From: Longimicrobiales bacterium | Lineage (GTDB): Bacteria; Gemmatimonadota; Gemmatimonadetes; Longimicrobiales; Gaopeijiaceae | Assembly: GCA_965226375.1 (NCBI GenBank) | Contig: CBDDCX010000008.1 | Coordinates: forward strand, 1,600,001-1,664,000 | DNA length: 64,000 bases | Direction: 5' to 3' | Shown here: positions 38,347-48,754 of the stretch, in pieces | How positions within the stretch are numbered: the first letter of the stretch is position 1 | Layout: every line of letters begins with the position of its first letter | The notes under the pieces: model-generated | Databases searched by the model: none | What the model was told of the DNA's origin: nothing | The model's input: only the letters and a program-made list of their open reading frames with translations | Program-made: the position numbers and the translations under genes

Positions 38347-39856
38347 ATCCGGCCACGTCGTAGGGTTGATCCGGCGGACCCTCCGGGAACTCCCGAAGGT
38401 CCGGATAGTCCTGCACGGAAAAAAGCTGTCGTACGAAGTTGGCGAACGGCTGGTCCATCGCGATGACCCAGGTGCCGGCAGGGTGCCGGATCCCGTCGAG
38501 TGTCACGTCGCTGTCGAGTTGCTGGACTTCGATGCCGTTGTACGCGAGGCGCCGCAGAAGTTCGACCGCAGCCACAGGATCGCGCTGACTCTGGGGAATG
38601 AAGTAACCGTACGGGGGCCCCTCGAGGTACTGCGCAATGATGTCTCGACCCGCCTGGTACCGGTTGTAGAGCAGATCCTCCTTGTACTTCGCGGCTACGT
38701 CCAGAACGGAGATGGAGGCCGTCAGCATGTAGTCCACGGCATCCCGTAGACGCCACCAACCGCCCTCCCACGGGCTCGAGTAGAGCGACTGGGGCTGAAG
38801 GCCCCGACTCTGCTCCGGGAAGTCGCCGATCGTATAGAAATGGGGCGTGGCGTACCGGTAGAGGCCCGTCTCGGTTAGGAATGACGCCACATTGTGGAAG
38901 TTGTTGGCGTGGTCCATGAAGCCCGGATACCAGTTGTCGCACCCCGTACCCATGTGCACGGCGCCCTTCTGGCCACGCTCCTCGAGCTCTGGAGCCATGG
39001 CCATGCCGATGAGGTTCACGGACCTCCACATGAGCGGGTGCACATAAGGGCTGATCGGCTCGGCAAAAGGCGGGATCCAGATCCGGGCTGGAAAGGGCGC
39101 CGTCTGGTGATGGTTGTAGAGAATGTTCGGCTCCCAATGCCGATCCACCCGAGTGACCAGCCGGGACTCGATCATGTTGATCATGTAGCCGTCCCGGTTG
39201 TTGTCGTGGCCCAGGTACTTCTGGTAGAGCCACGGCATCGAAGCCACCTCGAAGGGCGTGCCCACGTTGGACCGATACCAGTCGGCCACCAGCGTCTGGC
39301 CATCGGGGTTGATTGAAGGCCACAGCATGAGGATCACGTTGTCCAGGATGGCCAGGACCTCCGGATCGTCCTCCTCGGTGGCCAGGTCGTATGCCAACTG
39401 CATGGTGTGCTGGGCGTGGGCCACCTCTGAAGCGTGGAGCCCACCGTCGATGTGCACGATGGCCTTGCCTTCGCGGGACAGTTGTCGGGCCTCGTCGTCC
39501 GAGAGGCCCTCGGGGTGCGCCAACCGCAGCGAGATCTCCCGATACCGCTCTACGTTCCGGAGATTTTCAGGGGAGGAGATGAGTGCGATGACGGTGGAGC
39601 GGCCGAAAGAGGTTCGCCCTACCTCCACCAACTCCACACGATCGCTGGCCACCGCGAGTCGCCGGAAGTAGTCCAGGGACTCTTCGTACGTGGCCAGGAA
39701 GAAGTCCTCACCCACCGAATGGCCCAGCACCGACTCGGGAGTGGGGATAGCCTGCGCACGGGCCGTCGTCGTCAGAGTGACGAGCGCGACCGTGAGCGAC
39801 AGGACGACGGGCAGTGCGAGCGCGAACGATTTATCGGGATGTGTTCGGATGGCCAT
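38339..39856 (-). pseudogene. M14 family zinc carboxypeptidase, 3'-truncated
   Basis: Signal peptide, GLHASE, NPDG, HDNNRD, HHQ. Ends abruptly at PYDVAG(CR*), where this family usually continues (PYD..GW...). Confidence 0.78.
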
Positions 39857-40034
39857 TGTGCTGGTCCAGGTAGACGATGGCTTCGGGCTTCATGCCTCGA
39901 AGCGGCCGGTAAGATCGGCGTCACCGGAGTGGTCAGCAAGGAAGCAAGACATGCGAGGGACCACCGGTGGCATTCAAGCCTCCGAGCACCTTAACTTCGA
40001 CCCTCGACCACTCCCAGCTGATCCAGGAGATCCC

Positions 40035-41066
40035 ATGGAGATCCGCGTTCGTCCCCGCCCCATCTACGGGCTCACACTGGTCGCACTCATGGCCGCAGCC
40101 TGCGCTCCGGCTGGTGAAGAGCCTACGACCCCGGCTCGTGACCCAGTGCCCGTACCGGAATTTACACTCCCGGCCGAGAACACCCACGCACGATGGAGCC
40201 GTACGATTCCGCCCGTGCTGACGGTTCCGTCCGGAGCCGTCGTCGAGGTCTTCACTCAAGAGGCGACCGGTGGGCAGCTGTCGATGGAATCCGACCTGGA
40301 TGACCTGGCTGCCATGGACTTCGACCGTATCCATGCCCTGACCGGGCCGGTCTACGTCGAGGGAGCGGAGCCCGGTGATGTATTGGCCGTGACACTCCAC
40401 GAGATCGAGGTGGGGGATTGGGGATGGGCCGCCATCGTGCCGGGCTTCGGGTTCCTGGCCGATGTTTTCACCGAGCCCTACCTGAAGCTGTTCGAGCTGG
40501 GGCCCAAGGCCACACACGCCGTCTTCAATGACCGCATCCGGGTGCCCCTAGCGCCCTTTGCCGGAGTCATGGGAGTAGCGCCGGACACCGACTCACTCCT
40601 AGTCACCATTCTGCCCCGCGCCAATGGTGGGAACATGGACAACCGCCACATGACGGCAGGCACGACGGTGTTCTTCCCGATCTTCGTGGAGGGAGCGCTC
40701 TTTTCCATCGGTGACACTCATGCAGCCCAGGGTAACGGAGAAGTCTCGGGCACGGCCATCGAGGCGCCCATGCGTATCGTCTACGAGCTGAACGTGCTCA
40801 AGGGCGGACGGGAGTTGAGTGAGCCCGAGTACGAAACGAGCGACTACTACGCCGTGACCGGTTTTGGGACCACCATCGACGAGGCTGCGAGGAAGGCAAC
40901 CCTGTTCATGATCGACTATCTGGTGGCCGAGCACGGCATGGACCGAGCCGATGCGTATGTGCTGGCCTCCCTGGCGGGCGACCTGAAGATCTCAGAGACC
41001 GTCGACATGCCTCACTATCTGGTGAGCATGCACATGCCGAAGGAGGTGCTGGGAGTAGCCCGGTAG
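40035..41066 (+). CDS. Acetamidase/formamidase family lipoprotein
   Basis: Lipobox AAAC, H.LTGPVYVEGAEPGD, GGNMD, GD.HAAQG.GEV.GTAIE. AGGAG RBS. Confidence 0.9.
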   Translation: MEIRVRPRPIYGLTLVALMAAACAPAGEEPTTPARDPVPVPEFTLPAENTHARWSRTIPPVLTVPSGAVVEVFTQEATGGQLSMESDLDDLAAMDFDRIHALTGPVYVEGAEPGDVLAVTLHEIEVGDWGWAAIVPGFGFLADVFTEPYLKLFELGPKATHAVFNDRIRVPLAPFAGVMGVAPDTDSLLVTILPRANGGNMDNRHMTAGTTVFFPIFVEGALFSIGDTHAAQGNGEVSGTAIEAPMRIVYELNVLKGGRELSEPEYETSDYYAVTGFGTTIDEAARKATLFMIDYLVAEHGMDRADAYVLASLAGDLKISETVDMPHYLVSMHMPKEVLGVAR

Positions 41067-41090
41067 AACTCGGAGATCGAGAGAGTTCGC

Positions 41091-41528
41091 CTAGCGCGCC
41101 GGTCGCTCGAGCTCTCCGCCATGTAGCTCGTCGTAGAAGTCGAACATCTCACGGTCGTACTCCGCATCGCGAGCCTGCTCGAACGGCTCGATGATCCCGA
41201 AGAGCGTCCTGAGTCGTTGGGGCATGGTCAGGTGCTCACTTAGATCGTCGGCCTCCAGAAAGCCCCGGGTACAAAGTTGCTGGGCCTTTCGGAAGTACGA
41301 CTTGATCAGCCGCCGAGCGGCGTTGGTCTCTCGAACGATCTGTTGCTCATCGTCAGGCAGATCCGCGAGCGTGTCGAGCGCACTGAACAGCTCGGCGGCC
41401 CAGGTCGGCCCCCGCTCGTGCACCCACCGCCGCATATGCTCTGCGGCCCGGTAGTACTCGTCCGACCAGAACTGATCGTGCAGGTGAGAGATGAGCAGCC
41501 CGCGCTCATTGATCTCGGGAACGGACAC
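41091..41528 (-). CDS. Hypothetical helical protein coupled to the hybrid kinase
   Basis: 145-aa ORF whose GTG overlaps the kinase stop at 41528. Confidence 0.6.
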   Translation of the reverse strand: MSVPEINERGLLISHLHDQFWSDEYYRAAEHMRRWVHERGPTWAAELFSALDTLADLPDDEQQIVRETNAARRLIKSYFRKAQQLCTRGFLEADDLSEHLTMPQRLRTLFGIIEPFEQARDAEYDREMFDFYDELHGGELERPAR

Positions 41529-43099
41529 TACCCCGATGCCTCTAGGTCGGCATCCCGGAACGGGCCCGATTGAGCAATCGCCAAGGAGATGGCCTTCCGA
41601 AGAACGTCCGGCTCGACGGGCTTTGCCAGGAAGACACCCCTCTGCCGCAGGCCCTCGTGCCGGTCGAGCGCTCGCTCACCGAGTCGCGACGTAAAGATCA
41701 CCGGCAGAGAGGCGAGGTCGAACAACGCCTTCAGGCCGCCCTCGTCGAGACGGCCCACGTCGACGATGAGCAAATGGAAGGCGGGGTTAGGACCCTCGAG
41801 GGTGGGCAGCCATTCCGCCAACCGCTTGGCCACGACCACCGAATGTCCGTCGCGCACGAGAGACCGCTCGAGAACTCCGCCAGCCAGGGCATCGTCGTCG
41901 TCGATCAAGATGCGAAGGCGTCGCCTCGACCCCTTCGCCTCCGCCACAGGGGCCGCCTCTTCGACAGGTACCACGGCAACTCCTTCACACGGAAGGTAGA
42001 CGTGGAACGTGCAACCCTCGCCATCACCACTCTCAACGGTGAGCCCTCCACCACAGCTTTGTACGATTCGGTGCACAGTCCACAGGCCGAAGCCCGCTCC
42101 ACGATCCCGTTTCGTCGTGTAGTGCCGTTGGAACAATCGAGGTCGATCGTCTGTCGCAATCCCCGAGCCACCGTCCGCGACCACGAGGTGCACGTATCGC
42201 CCGGCTGGGAGCACCCCGCCTTCCACCGACATCGGAGAATAGAGCTCGGCGTTCATGGATCCGATCGTGACCTCTCCGCCCCGGGGCATGGCGTCCTTGG
42301 CATTCATGATCAGGTTGAAGATCACCTGTTCCACCTGGACGGGATCGCATTCGGCGAGCCAGAGATCCTCCTCTGAGCGGACATTGAGACGGATGCCCTT
42401 ACCGAGCACCCGGGCCAGAATAGGCTCGAGGCCCCGTGCCAACGTAGAAACATGCACCGCCCCGGCTGCTCCGCGTTGACGCGTCGAGAACTCGAGGATC
42501 TGCTTGACCAAGGCGGAACCACGAGCAGCGGCGCCCTCCACGATCCTGAGGTTCGCCCGGCTCACCCCCGACAGACCCTCCTCTTCCGCCACCAATGGGG
42601 CCGTTGCCAGAATCGTATTGAGCAGGTCACTGAAATCGGTCGCCACCTCGGCCAGGAGAACTCCCAGGGACTCCATCCGCTGGGCGCGCCATAGACGCTC
42701 CTCCAAGCGGGCTACCTCCTCACGGTTATCGGTGACGTCGTGCACCACGCCGAAGGACCGGATCGGAACTCCGGGAAGCACCGTGAGATCCTCCCGAAGC
42801 CAGCGGATGTCCCCGTTCGGGGCGACTACGCGATACTCGACGGATCGGGCATCGCCTTCCTCCAGCGACCCCAAGGCAGATGCCAGTGCCTCAGCGTCCT
42901 CCGGATGAACGCACCGTTGCCAGAGTCCCGGAGTTCGTTCAAACGAGAATTGGTCGAGGCCCGTGATGGCCTGCAGCGCCCCACCGACGAAGAGGACCCT
43001 GGGTTCCTCACCGAGACTCCGCAGCGTAACGACATATCCGTCACCCGGCAGGTGTGAAGAGACCAGCTTCAGAACTTGTTGAAAGCGGCTTGTCGGCAC
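41528..43099 (-). CDS. PAS-HisKA-HATPase-REC hybrid kinase-like protein lacking the phospho-acceptor His
   Basis: PAS_3 (VHPED, EYR..RW), H-box EVATDFSDLL, N-box NLIMNAKDAM, G boxes, C-terminal receiver (LLIVD, FLAKP). Confidence 0.85.
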   Translation of the reverse strand: MPTSRFQQVLKLVSSHLPGDGYVVTLRSLGEEPRVLFVGGALQAITGLDQFSFERTPGLWQRCVHPEDAEALASALGSLEEGDARSVEYRVVAPNGDIRWLREDLTVLPGVPIRSFGVVHDVTDNREEVARLEERLWRAQRMESLGVLLAEVATDFSDLLNTILATAPLVAEEEGLSGVSRANLRIVEGAAARGSALVKQILEFSTRQRGAAGAVHVSTLARGLEPILARVLGKGIRLNVRSEEDLWLAECDPVQVEQVIFNLIMNAKDAMPRGGEVTIGSMNAELYSPMSVEGGVLPAGRYVHLVVADGGSGIATDDRPRLFQRHYTTKRDRGAGFGLWTVHRIVQSCGGGLTVESGDGEGCTFHVYLPCEGVAVVPVEEAAPVAEAKGSRRRLRILIDDDDALAGGVLERSLVRDGHSVVVAKRLAEWLPTLEGPNPAFHLLIVDVGRLDEGGLKALFDLASLPVIFTSRLGERALDRHEGLRQRGVFLAKPVEPDVLRKAISLAIAQSGPFRDADLEASG

Positions 43100-43212
43100 G
43101 CTCGAAATCTCCCAGATATCCTGAACCGGCGCACCCTAGGGGGGGATGTCTAAGTTAGGAAGAGCCAAGGCGACCTCGCCAGGGTTTTGGCCGTCCCAAG
43201 CCACCAGCGGAC

Positions 43213-44961
43213 TCAGCGTGGCGTGAGTCTGCGCCCCAGGGCACGAGTGATGAAGCGGACTCGGTCACGCAGTGGCAGTCGATGTAGATTCGTCTGCACG
43301 ATGCCCCGAGTGAAGTGCGTCTTTTGCGAATAGTCGATCGCCACGTCGACGATGACGGCTCGGCCGGCCGACGCCCGATCACGGGCGTCGGCCACCGCGG
43401 CCTTCACTGCCTGATCGTCGGAGAGGGCAATGAAGTCCACGCCCATCCCGCGTGCGAGGCCTTCCAGGTCGTAGTCGGGCAGCTCGCTCGCGACTTTGCG
43501 GTTCATGGCGGTGGACTGGAACTGAGCGATCTGAGCCAACTCCCTGTCCCTGAGTACGAAGGCCATCACGCCGAGACCGAGTTGTGCCGCGGTCAACAAC
43601 TCGAGACCCGTCATCAGAAAAGCCCCGTCCCCCGCCAGTGCCACCACGGGGCATTCCGGGCGGGCCAGCTTGGCCCCTACGGCGGCAGGCACCGAGTAAC
43701 CCATGCACGAGTAGTCCACCGGAGCCAAGAACTTGCCGGGGCCGGGGAGGCGTAGTGCCTCCATGGCCAAGAACGTCCCGTTGCCGCTATCGGTCGTGAA
43801 GATCGTTTCAGGGCCCAGCACAGACTGGAGTGTGGTGAGGAGGTGCTGCGGATTGACTAGCCCGCCGTCGAGTCGCGCCTGCCATTCACGGCGGATATCA
43901 CCGTGCCCTTCTTCGATCTGATGCCGGAGATCAACCGCTCGAGGGCGCGCGACGCCCTTGAGCCCGGCCAGAATCGAATCGAGGTAGACGAGTGCGTCGG
44001 CAACGATGGGCAACTCTGCCGGGAAGTTCCGCCCGGGCACCTCGGGATCGATATCGACATGGATCAGCGGTCCGGGAACCGTCAGGCCGTAGCTTCCGGT
44101 GCCCACTTCACTGAAGCGGCATCCGACCGCGATCATCATGTCGCAGGCCGCCGCCACCTGCTGGGCGAACCGGGGGGCCGCGCGCCCGAATCCGGGCCAC
44201 AGGAAGAGCGGGTGGTCCTCGGGAAACACTCCTTTGCCCTGGATGGTGGTGGCCACGGGGGCCTCGAGCGCCTCCGCCAGTTTCAACACCTCGTCGGCGG
44301 CACCCGCAGCTCCAGCACCCACGTAGATCAGGGGGCACCTTGAGCCACGGATCAACTCGATGGATTGCACCACCTCTTCATGTGTGGGATGGGGCGGGGA
44401 CTCCATGGAAGGTTCCACCCAACGTTCGGGCGACCCGGCGTCGCCCACCTCCTGCTTTAGCAGGTACAGGTTGGCCGGCACCTCAACGAACACCGGACCC
44501 GGCACCCCAGACCGCGCTAGGCGACAGGCCTCTCGGATAGTCGGATATATCTCGTCTCCCGACATCGGGCGGAAGACGCCCTTGGTAACCGCGGAGACCA
44601 TGGCCGCCTGGTCCACGTCGTGGAGCTGATAAGCCTTGGCCATGCCTCTGCGGATTCCACAGCCGAGCACCAACATGGGAACGTTATCCAGAAACGCCTC
44701 TGCGATCCCCGACATCGCATGGGTCAGGCCGGCGCCGGGAACGACGTTGACGCAGGTCATCCGACCCGAAGCCCGCCAGGCCCCGTCTGCCATGAACGAG
44801 GCGCTCTGCTCGTCGGTAACCAGGATGGGCCGGACGGTATCCGAAGAGCCCAGGACATCGTAAAGCTCGATGTTGTGGGTCCCGGGAATGCCGAAGGCGA
44901 ACCCGATCTGCTCGTCCTCGAGAGCACGCACCACCATGGACGCACCGGTCCGCTTGCTCAT
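43213..44961 (-). CDS. Thiamine pyrophosphate-binding enzyme (acetolactate synthase-like)
   Basis: FGIPG, DEQSASFMADG, GPVFVEVP, MGYSVPAA.G, GDGAFLM. Confidence 0.92.
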   Translation of the reverse strand: MSKRTGASMVVRALEDEQIGFAFGIPGTHNIELYDVLGSSDTVRPILVTDEQSASFMADGAWRASGRMTCVNVVPGAGLTHAMSGIAEAFLDNVPMLVLGCGIRRGMAKAYQLHDVDQAAMVSAVTKGVFRPMSGDEIYPTIREACRLARSGVPGPVFVEVPANLYLLKQEVGDAGSPERWVEPSMESPPHPTHEEVVQSIELIRGSRCPLIYVGAGAAGAADEVLKLAEALEAPVATTIQGKGVFPEDHPLFLWPGFGRAAPRFAQQVAAACDMMIAVGCRFSEVGTGSYGLTVPGPLIHVDIDPEVPGRNFPAELPIVADALVYLDSILAGLKGVARPRAVDLRHQIEEGHGDIRREWQARLDGGLVNPQHLLTTLQSVLGPETIFTTDSGNGTFLAMEALRLPGPGKFLAPVDYSCMGYSVPAAVGAKLARPECPVVALAGDGAFLMTGLELLTAAQLGLGVMAFVLRDRELAQIAQFQSTAMNRKVASELPDYDLEGLARGMGVDFIALSDDQAVKAAVADARDRASAGRAVIVDVAIDYSQKTHFTRGIVQTNLHRLPLRDRVRFITRALGRRLTPR

Positions 44962-45905
44962 CCGATCCTCCGGTCTTGCAGTATTCCCTCGGCGACCCGG
45001 TCGGCGAGAGCCATCACCGTCAGGTATGGATTGATCTCCACCGAGTCGGGGAAGAGACTAGAATCCGCCACGCGGAGCCAGGGCATACCGTGCACGCGCC
45101 CCCACGAGTCGGTCACCGACTCCGACGCATTGCGGCCCATTCCGCATCCTCCCATGAGGTGTGCGGCGGCCACGGAGGTCTTGCCGAGAACGAAGTGACG
45201 AGGGTGGATACGTTCATCCAGGCGACCGGCGTCGGCCGCATCGATCAGGGGCGGATCAGCGGGAGGAGCGTGTACTCGCAGCGCACCCGCTCCAAAGAAG
45301 ATCCGTGCGGCTGCCCGCGTAGCACGCGTCATCCCCTCCACGACGGCGTCCGTAAAGCCGTAGTGCACGACCGCCTTTCCGTCGGTATCCACCGTGATTC
45401 GGTTCGCCTCCGTGGCCTTGTCGGCCGCCAGGACCAGGATCATCTGGAGCCTCGAAAACGCTCGCATGAACGCCGAGTGGTCGGCGCCGAAGCCCGTCAG
45501 GTTCTTCGCGGTGACGAACGGGAAGTACATACACGTCTCCAGGATCCACCCCTCTTCATGTGCTCGGTCGACGTAGTAGCTCTTGGGGTGACCGACATCG
45601 TTCGTAATGTCACGGGAGTGCTCCCCGACCAGAATGAAGGCCGGGTGGCACGTGAATCCGTGGCCCAACCGGGGAAGCACCGAACCGAAGCCCGACCTGA
45701 GCAGAAGGGCGCTCGAACCGATGGATCCTCCGGCGGCAACGATCGTGTTCGCCTCTACGCGGTACTCCCCCGGGGCCCACTCGGACGGTTGCCCCATGGC
45801 GCCGGAAGGCTTCTCCGAGACCCGGATCACCACCGAGCGCTCCTCTATTGAGAGCGCCTCTGCACGGGTCACGATCTCCACGCCTCCCCGCTCGGCGGCG
45901 GGCTC
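44958..45905 (-). pseudogene. GMC oxidoreductase, N-terminal FAD-binding part missing
   Basis: AAGGSIGSSALLLRS, AHLMGGC.MG and V.DSSLFP....NPYLT..ALA present. No GxGxxG N-terminus before the divergent kinase. Confidence 0.8.
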
Positions 45906-46060
45906 GAGGCCGCCTACGTCATCGACGTCGCACCGACTTCCTAGGGACCGGCGAGACGCCGGCGGGGGGTCGGTAACCACGACCCGCGGTGACCTCTTGC
46001 CCGCTCCGGCGTCCCATCGAATGTTTCCGTGACTCCGCCCCTTAATTCGAGCGAACTTTC

Positions 46061-48709
46061 GTGCCCGACCAGACGACCAGACTGAACGCCGCCCTCGAAG
46101 GGCGCTACAGCATAGTGCGTGAACTCGGTGAGGGCGGTATGGCGACCGTCTATCTGGCCGACGACCTAAAACATGAGCGAAAGGTCGCGCTCAAGGTTCT
46201 CAAACCAGAACTTGCCGCCGTCGTCGGAGCCGAACGATTCCTGGCTGAAATCAAGACGACCGCGAATCTCCAGCATCCGCACATCCTTCCGCTTTTCGAT
46301 TCGGGGGAGGCGGACTCATTCCTCTTCTATGTCATGCCGTATCACGAGGGGGAGACGCTCGCCGAGCGGATTGAACGAGACAAGCAGCTGCCGATCGACG
46401 AGGCCGTGGGCATCGCGACTTCCGTCGCGGCGGCGCTACAGCACGCACATGACCGAGGTGTGATCCACCGGGACATCAAGCCGGCGAACATCTTGCTTCA
46501 GGATGGCCAGCCGGTTGTCGCCGACTTCGGAATCGCGCTCGCTGTCGGAGCAGCGGGCGGGAGCCGACTCACCGAGACGGGCCTTTCGGTGGGCACGCCC
46601 TTCTACATGTCGCCCGAGCAAGCGACGGGGGACCAGGCGGTCGGGCCGGCCAGCGACACGTACTCTCTGGCCGCACTGCTCTATGAAATCCTGACCGGCG
46701 ACCCGCCCTACATCGGAAGCACGGCCCAGGCCGTTCTTGGAAAGATCATCCAGGGCGCGCCCGTTTCGGCAACGGCGATTCGTACGTCGATTCCCGCTAA
46801 CGTCGATGCGGCGCTTCGAAAGGCGCTGGAGAAGCTGCCCGCTGATCGATTCACCGGCGCCAACGAGTTCGCGCCTGCCCTCACCGACCCGAGCTTTCGA
46901 CACGGGGGCGAGCTCGTGTCGAGCGAGGTCGGCAAGAGGGCCAACCGACTCACCGCCGCGATGGCCGGGCTCGCCGCGGTCTTCGCCCTCATCTCCGCCT
47001 GGTCGCTCACCCGTCCCGAAGCGCCGGGGCCTGTTCGTCGCTACTCCCTGGCCGTGACCGAGGACCAGTTCCCCAGCGAGTGGATGAGCCTTTCGGCGGA
47101 TGGCTCGGCCATGGTCATGACCTACTTCGACGAGAGGAACCTGCCTCGGCTCTGGCTGCGCCGCTGGGCGGAACTGGCTTCCACAGCGGTGCAGGGTGCG
47201 GAGGGTTCGGCCGTAGACCCGATCATTTCCCCAGACGGCAGCGAAGTCGCGTTCATGGAGGGGGGGCAGCTCAAGGTCTCGCCGCTGGGCGGCGGAATCG
47301 TTCGGATTCTTGCCGAGGCCGCGGGGTGCTGCGCCCGGTGGGGATCGGATGGCTTTGTCTACTTCGCCGGGCCCGAGAACACGATCCAGCGCGTGCCGAT
47401 CGGGGGTGGGGAGGTAGAGGACATCACGACACGCCGTCCCGAGAATGACGACGAGCACGGTTACTTCCAGGTACTTCCCGACGGCGACTCGGGGGTGTTC
47501 TCTGTTTTTACGACGCCGCCACGTTTGGAGTCATATCGGATTTCGACGGGCGAGCGGAAGGTGATCACGACTGGACTACGAGGATACGTGACGTCTACCG
47601 GGCATCTGGTCTTCGGGACGCTGGAAGGTCAGATCCTGGCAGCTCCCTTCGACTCCGACGCCATGGAACTCACCGGCGACCCCGTCCCGCTCGTTCAAGG
47701 GGTGGGGGTCAGCTCGAGCCAGGACGTGATGTTCACGTTGTCCGACAACGGTACACTTCTCTACTGGTCCGCTCCGGCGAGCGCCGCTGAGAGCGAGATG
47801 ATCTGGGTGTCCCGATCTGGTGACGTAACGCCGGTGGATCCGGACTTCACCTTCAACCCGGGTGGTGACAATCATTGGTGGAGGCTGTCGCCGGACGGTG
47901 AAAGGGTAGCCTACCAGGACAATATCGCGTCGGGGGGTGATGTCTGGATCAAGACCCTGGACCGGGGCCCCGTTTCCCGGCTTACATTCCACGCTGGTCC
48001 GGACCGCGCGCCGATTTGGTCGCCGGACGGCCAGTCCGTGATCTTCCTGTCCAACCGCGACGGAGATGGTGCCGATGTGTGGACTCGACGTGCGGATGGT
48101 ATCGGAGAGCCGACGCTCCTGATGGCGCTGGACCGCAGTCCGGTGTCCTTGGCAATAACACCGGACGGGGAGCGACTTGTCTTTCGCACGACCGGATCGC
48201 CAAGCCGGGATATTCTCACCCAGAAGTCCGGGGAGGAGGAGGCCTTGCCTGTAGCGGCCTCGGCGAACTTCGCCGAGCTCGGGCCGGCGATCTCGCCCGA
48301 TGGCCGATGGATCGCATACTCGTCGAACGAAACCGGTGCGCCCCAGGTGTACGTCCGTCCCTTCCCCGACGTGGACGCGGGCCGCTGGCAAGTCTCCAAC
48401 GGTCAGGGCAGTGCACCGGTCTGGTCGAGAGATGGCAACGAGCTGTTCTTCTCGACGCAAGACGGGTTGACCGCGGCGCAGGTCGAGACGTCACCCAGCT
48501 TTCGAGTCATCGGGCATGAGCCCTTGTTCCGATTTCCTCCCGGGGTCAGGACGGGCGTCCCGCAAGGATGGTACGATGTTTCGCCGGACGGTCAGCGATT
48601 CTTGATGGCCCGTCCCACCCAGTTCGGAAACGACGGTGGCCAAGACAGCGTAGAGCTCATCCTGGTCGAGAACTTCTTCGAGGAGCTGAAGGCGCGGGTG
48701 CCCAACTAG
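46061..48709 (+). CDS. Ser/Thr protein kinase with TM and PD40/TolB-like beta-propeller
   Basis: GEGGMATVY, VALK, HRDIKPAN, DFG, YMSPEQ, then repeated SPDG motifs. Confidence 0.95.
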   Translation: MPDQTTRLNAALEGRYSIVRELGEGGMATVYLADDLKHERKVALKVLKPELAAVVGAERFLAEIKTTANLQHPHILPLFDSGEADSFLFYVMPYHEGETLAERIERDKQLPIDEAVGIATSVAAALQHAHDRGVIHRDIKPANILLQDGQPVVADFGIALAVGAAGGSRLTETGLSVGTPFYMSPEQATGDQAVGPASDTYSLAALLYEILTGDPPYIGSTAQAVLGKIIQGAPVSATAIRTSIPANVDAALRKALEKLPADRFTGANEFAPALTDPSFRHGGELVSSEVGKRANRLTAAMAGLAAVFALISAWSLTRPEAPGPVRRYSLAVTEDQFPSEWMSLSADGSAMVMTYFDERNLPRLWLRRWAELASTAVQGAEGSAVDPIISPDGSEVAFMEGGQLKVSPLGGGIVRILAEAAGCCARWGSDGFVYFAGPENTIQRVPIGGGEVEDITTRRPENDDEHGYFQVLPDGDSGVFSVFTTPPRLESYRISTGERKVITTGLRGYVTSTGHLVFGTLEGQILAAPFDSDAMELTGDPVPLVQGVGVSSSQDVMFTLSDNGTLLYWSAPASAAESEMIWVSRSGDVTPVDPDFTFNPGGDNHWWRLSPDGERVAYQDNIASGGDVWIKTLDRGPVSRLTFHAGPDRAPIWSPDGQSVIFLSNRDGDGADVWTRRADGIGEPTLLMALDRSPVSLAITPDGERLVFRTTGSPSRDILTQKSGEEEALPVAASANFAELGPAISPDGRWIAYSSNETGAPQVYVRPFPDVDAGRWQVSNGQGSAPVWSRDGNELFFSTQDGLTAAQVETSPSFRVIGHEPLFRFPPGVRTGVPQGWYDVSPDGQRFLMARPTQFGNDGGQDSVELILVENFFEELKARVPN

Positions 48710-48754
48710 AGGCGTGGGATTCCGACAAGCCCTACCTGCCCCAGTAGCGACTTC

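Noticed and set aside
37479..39323. 614-aa minus-strand ORF spanning the M14, TPR and aminotransferase genes
   Set aside because: Arg/Pro/Gly-rich alternative frame with no motifs, typical of high-GC DNA.
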